From: Actinomycetota bacterium
GTDB taxonomy: Bacteria; Actinomycetota; Actinomycetes; Nanopelagicales; Nanopelagicaceae
Assembly: GCA_947465575.1 (NCBI GenBank)
Contig: CANIBB010000001.1
Coordinates: forward strand, 2,804 to 66,803
DNA: 64,000 bases
Direction: 5' to 3'
The notes beneath the pieces are model-generated. The model worked only from the letters and a program-made list of their open reading frames with translations. It was not told the DNA's origin and did not search any database. Made by a program: the position numbers and the translations under genes. Each line of letters starts with the position of its first letter. Position 1 is the stretch's first letter. Shown one piece after another: positions 61,274 to 64,000 of this stretch.

Positions 61274-62189
61274 GCCAGTTCAAACTCCACTTGGGCGTAC
61301 CGCCAGACTCTTAGATCTTGTGCCATTTCTAGCTTCTCACCAAGGGATAGAGCTCAAGGCTTTAAGTGAGAATTTTGATGTCACCGATGCTCAAATGATT
61401 GCAGATTTAACCACTCTTTGGATGTGCGGACTGCCCGGTTATACGCCGCTTGAACTCATGGATCTATCATTCGAATCGGGATTTGTAACGATACACAATG
61501 CCGAAACTCTTTCCAGTCCTCGTGCTCTCAGCGATGAGGAGATAATTGCGCTCTTGCTTGGTCTTGATGTTGTAGTCGCATCCCTTCCAAGTGATCGCGA
61601 CGATCTTAAACTGCTCGCAATCGACTTGATCAACCGACTTTCACATCGAAGTTCAATTCCATCAAAGATGAGTGCGGTTCCTGCAACTCCTGGTTCAATG
61701 CGCGCAATAATCGAGAGCTCGCTAATAAAAAAAGGAGCGGTAGAGATTCTCTACCATTCATCCTATTCAGATGAAATTTCAAGGCGCGTAGTCATTCCAA
61801 TTGAACTACGTCAAGAGAATGGCTTTGAGTATCTGTGGGGAGTGTGCCAAAGCGCTCATGCATTGCGCAGTTTTAGACTGGACCGGATTCAAGAGGCGGC
61901 TGCGAAATCGACGGTTATTGAATCAATCCCAATGAGCGCACATGTTCAGAGCCAGGGGATTTCTTACACAATTCACGCCCACTCCAGACCTCGACACGTA
62001 ATTGAGAGGTTTGCCATCAATAAAGAGGAGTTCACAGCAAATCTTCGGGTCGTCTCTTTTTCCACAGAGTGGATTAGACGTTCTGTATTGGCATCGGCAG
62101 GGAGCGTCGAGGTGGTGGAACCTGCCAGTATTCGTAACGAAATCCTGCTTTCGGCACAGTCGCTACTCAGTCGCTACCAGGGGCGATAA
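61266..62189 (+). CDS. pafC: WYL-domain transcriptional activator PafC
   Basis: RLLDLVPFL, LWMCGLPGY, RSFRLDRI; start ATG 61266. Confidence 0.88.
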   Translation: MSKPVQTPLGRTARLLDLVPFLASHQGIELKALSENFDVTDAQMIADLTTLWMCGLPGYTPLELMDLSFESGFVTIHNAETLSSPRALSDEEIIALLLGLDVVVASLPSDRDDLKLLAIDLINRLSHRSSIPSKMSAVPATPGSMRAIIESSLIKKGAVEILYHSSYSDEISRRVVIPIELRQENGFEYLWGVCQSAHALRSFRLDRIQEAAAKSTVIESIPMSAHVQSQGISYTIHAHSRPRHVIERFAINKEEFTANLRVVSFSTEWIRRSVLASAGSVEVVEPASIRNEILLSAQSLLSRYQGR

Positions 62190-62269
62190 ATCCCCCTACC
62201 CATTGTTGAGGGCTCTGCGGTAGCCTTTCTCCATTCGATTTCATATACGTCAAAAAGGGAGTTCACCTC

Positions 62270-62455
62270 ATGTTTCTGAAAGAGCCAAGTCATATCCTGA
62301 TTCTCTTAATTGTCGTACTCGTACTCTTCGGCGCAAAGCGCCTCCCAGATTCTGCTCGCTCACTTGGTCGCTCAATGCGTATTTTTAAGAGTGAGATAAA
62401 GGAGATGAATACTGAGGAAAAAAAGAGTGAGGGCGAAACAACTCCCGAGAAGTAG
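62270..62455 (+). CDS. tatA: Twin-arginine translocase TatA
   Basis: [24 protein letters not shown]. Confidence 0.96.
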   Translation: MFLKEPSHILILLIVVLVLFGAKRLPDSARSLGRSMRIFKSEIKEMNTEEKKSEGETTPEK

Positions 62456-62461
62456 TTACTC

Positions 62462-63274
62462 ATGGCGTCCATTTCAGACGCACGGATGCCCCTGCTTGAT
62501 CATCTTCGCGAACTAAGGAAGAGGGTTTTCCGCGCAGCTATCGCGATAGTCCTTGCATCCTTTGTTGGATGGTATTTTTATAATGAGATTATTACTCAGC
62601 TTGCTCTGCCTGTCTGTGATCTTAAAGCGGCACAAAGCTCTGGGGCTACGCATTGCGGTTCGCTCTATATCAATGGTGTTCTCGGTCCGCTTAATCTACA
62701 AATCAAGGTCGCACTCCTTGCCGGTGTAATTCTCTCGGCGCCTCTTTGGCTCTATCAACTCTGGGCATTTATCGCTCCAGGCCTGCACCGTAAAGAGAAG
62801 CGAAACTCAGTCCTCTTCTTAGTGAGTGCAACACCTTTCTTCGCAATTGGTGCGACTTTAGGCTATCTCGTACTTCCCATTGCTATAAAAGTTCTCTTCG
62901 GCTTTACGCCTAATGCGCTTTCAAACTTGGTGAAGTTCGATGATTACTTAGATTTTGTTATGCGCATTATCTTGCTCTTTGGCTTAGCCTTTGAACTTCC
63001 GATATTTCTAGTGACTTTTAACCTCATTGGTTTTCTTCGGGGAGAGACCATACTTCGGCCATGGCGAATTTGGATTTTTTGCATCGTTCTCTTTACCGCC
63101 GCCTTTACCCCGACGGCAGATCCATTTACCATGGCGCTTTTAGCACTTCCCCTGTGCCTTCTGTACTTTATGGCTGGTGGAATCGCCCTATTAGTCGATA
63201 GGCGTCGCGATAAACGTTCCTCTAGCCTTCAAACAGGTGTTTCAACTATCGAGGCCGCAACACCTATCGAGTGA
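62462..63274 (+). CDS. tatC: Twin-arginine translocase TatC
   Basis: MPLLDHLRELRKR, YQLWAFIAPGL, FGLAFELP, TPTADP. Confidence 0.97.
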   Translation: MASISDARMPLLDHLRELRKRVFRAAIAIVLASFVGWYFYNEIITQLALPVCDLKAAQSSGATHCGSLYINGVLGPLNLQIKVALLAGVILSAPLWLYQLWAFIAPGLHRKEKRNSVLFLVSATPFFAIGATLGYLVLPIAIKVLFGFTPNALSNLVKFDDYLDFVMRIILLFGLAFELPIFLVTFNLIGFLRGETILRPWRIWIFCIVLFTAAFTPTADPFTMALLALPLCLLYFMAGGIALLVDRRRDKRSSSLQTGVSTIEAATPIE

Positions 63275-63294
63275 TTGAGCGATAAGGTCGCCCT

Positions 63295-64000
63295 ATGTGG
63301 GCGCTAGTTATAAATCCAACCTCTGGTAGCGGAAGAGGTGCATCTATAGGCCGACATGTTGCTGGATTCTTAAGCGCGCGTGGAGTTGAGCACGAGATAG
63401 TCTCTGGCGATTCAGCGATCTCTCTCGTCACACACCTATCAATCTTCATTGCAAAGAATCCTCAATGCCAGGGCGTCATCGCCGTTGGTGGAGATGGGTT
63501 AGCCCACGTTGTACTCCAAAAGACGGTGCCGGCCCAGATTCCTCTAGCTGTCATTCCAGCGGGTACCGGTAATGATTTTGTCCGAACCCTTGGATGGTCA
63601 CTTGACTCAATTGATCCGTATCTAGAGTCAATTATCTCCACGTCACCGAAAACTATGGATCTAGGGTTAGTAGATGGCGAGTGGTTCGGAGCTATTTTAT
63701 CAACGGGCTTTGATTCGATTGTAAATGAGAAGGCCAACACAATGTCTTGGCCAAAGGGCCCAATGAAATATAACGTCGCAATAGCGATCGAACTGCCACG
63801 TTTCTCACCCCGTCATTACGAAATAACTTTAGATGATCGGACAATCTCTACTCAAGCGATGCTCATCGCTGTATCAAACGGGCGCTCTTATGGTGGCGGA
63901 ATGTTGGTATGTCCGGATGCAGATATTCACGATGGGTACTTCGATGTCATGGTCTTGCACCCTGTATCAAAACTTGAGTTCTTGAAAGTCTTTCCACGGG
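63295..64000 (+). CDS. Diacylglycerol/lipid kinase family protein (3'-truncated; missing from the ORF track)
   Basis: Manual translation from ATG 63295: MWALVINPTSGSGRG...VGGDG...PAGTGNDF...NGRSYGGGM; frame open to the window end. Confidence 0.9.
   Translation, partial: MWALVINPTSGSGRGASIGRHVAGFLSARGVEHEIVSGDSAISLVTHLSIFIAKNPQCQGVIAVGGDGLAHVVLQKTVPAQIPLAVIPAGTGNDFVRTLGWSLDSIDPYLESIISTSPKTMDLGLVDGEWFGAILSTGFDSIVNEKANTMSWPKGPMKYNVAIAIELPRFSPRHYEITLDDRTISTQAMLIAVSNGRSYGGGMLVCPDADIHDGYFDVMVLHPVSKLEFLKVFPR

Noticed and set aside
60332-62189. WYL proteins as regulators of a defence island
   Set aside because: The sequence motifs and position before tatAC match housekeeping PafBC.
316-63740. Many 60-160 aa alternative-frame and antisense ORFs in the track (e.g. 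12480-12953, 23690-24163, 39177-39656, 63462-63740)
   Set aside because: They overlap well-supported genes, have no recognisable motifs and look like shadow ORFs.

Overview
A very gene-dense (about 48-50% GC by eye) piece of core chromosome from a streamlined actinobacterium. The gene content (mIHF, mshC, PafBC, BldD-like regulator), low GC and tiny intergenic gaps suggest freshwater acI / Ca. Nanopelagicales; this taxonomy is an inference. Gene order: secD-secF-rel, DUF349, MBL hydrolase-hisS-aspS-DUF948-alaS-ruvX-mltG-aroE-prepilin peptidase-aroCKBQ-efp-nusB, bldD-like, pyrR-pyrBC-carAB-pyrKDF, mIHF::gmk fusion, rpoZ-coaBC-metK-priA-def-fmt-rsmB-rpe, FMN riboswitch-pnuX, hisEG, serB, ABC ATPase-ung, NCS2 permease, membrane proteins, adh-tdk-acyltransferase-apt-tRNA-Leu, two tandem M20 peptidases, AKR, phosphatase/DUF3090/kinase-like-mshC, PAC2, HAD, RecB-like, trmI-pafBC-tatAC-DAGK. 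I found no mobile element or CRISPR array. Most unusual signals: (1) an in-frame fusion of the nucleoid protein mIHF to guanylate kinase; (2) apt begins 1 nt after the discriminator base of a CCA-less tRNA-Leu with no SD or promoter of its own, suggesting tRNA processing releases its mRNA; (3) an H-type pseudoknot leader with an alternative pairing upstream of the NCS2 purine permease, a candidate new riboswitch; (4) a BldD homolog with an intact c-di-GMP RxD-X8-RxxD motif; (5) many TANNNT-6/7nt-start leaderless promoters; (6) the Pup-proteasome and riboflavin-synthesis genes are absent from their usual loci.
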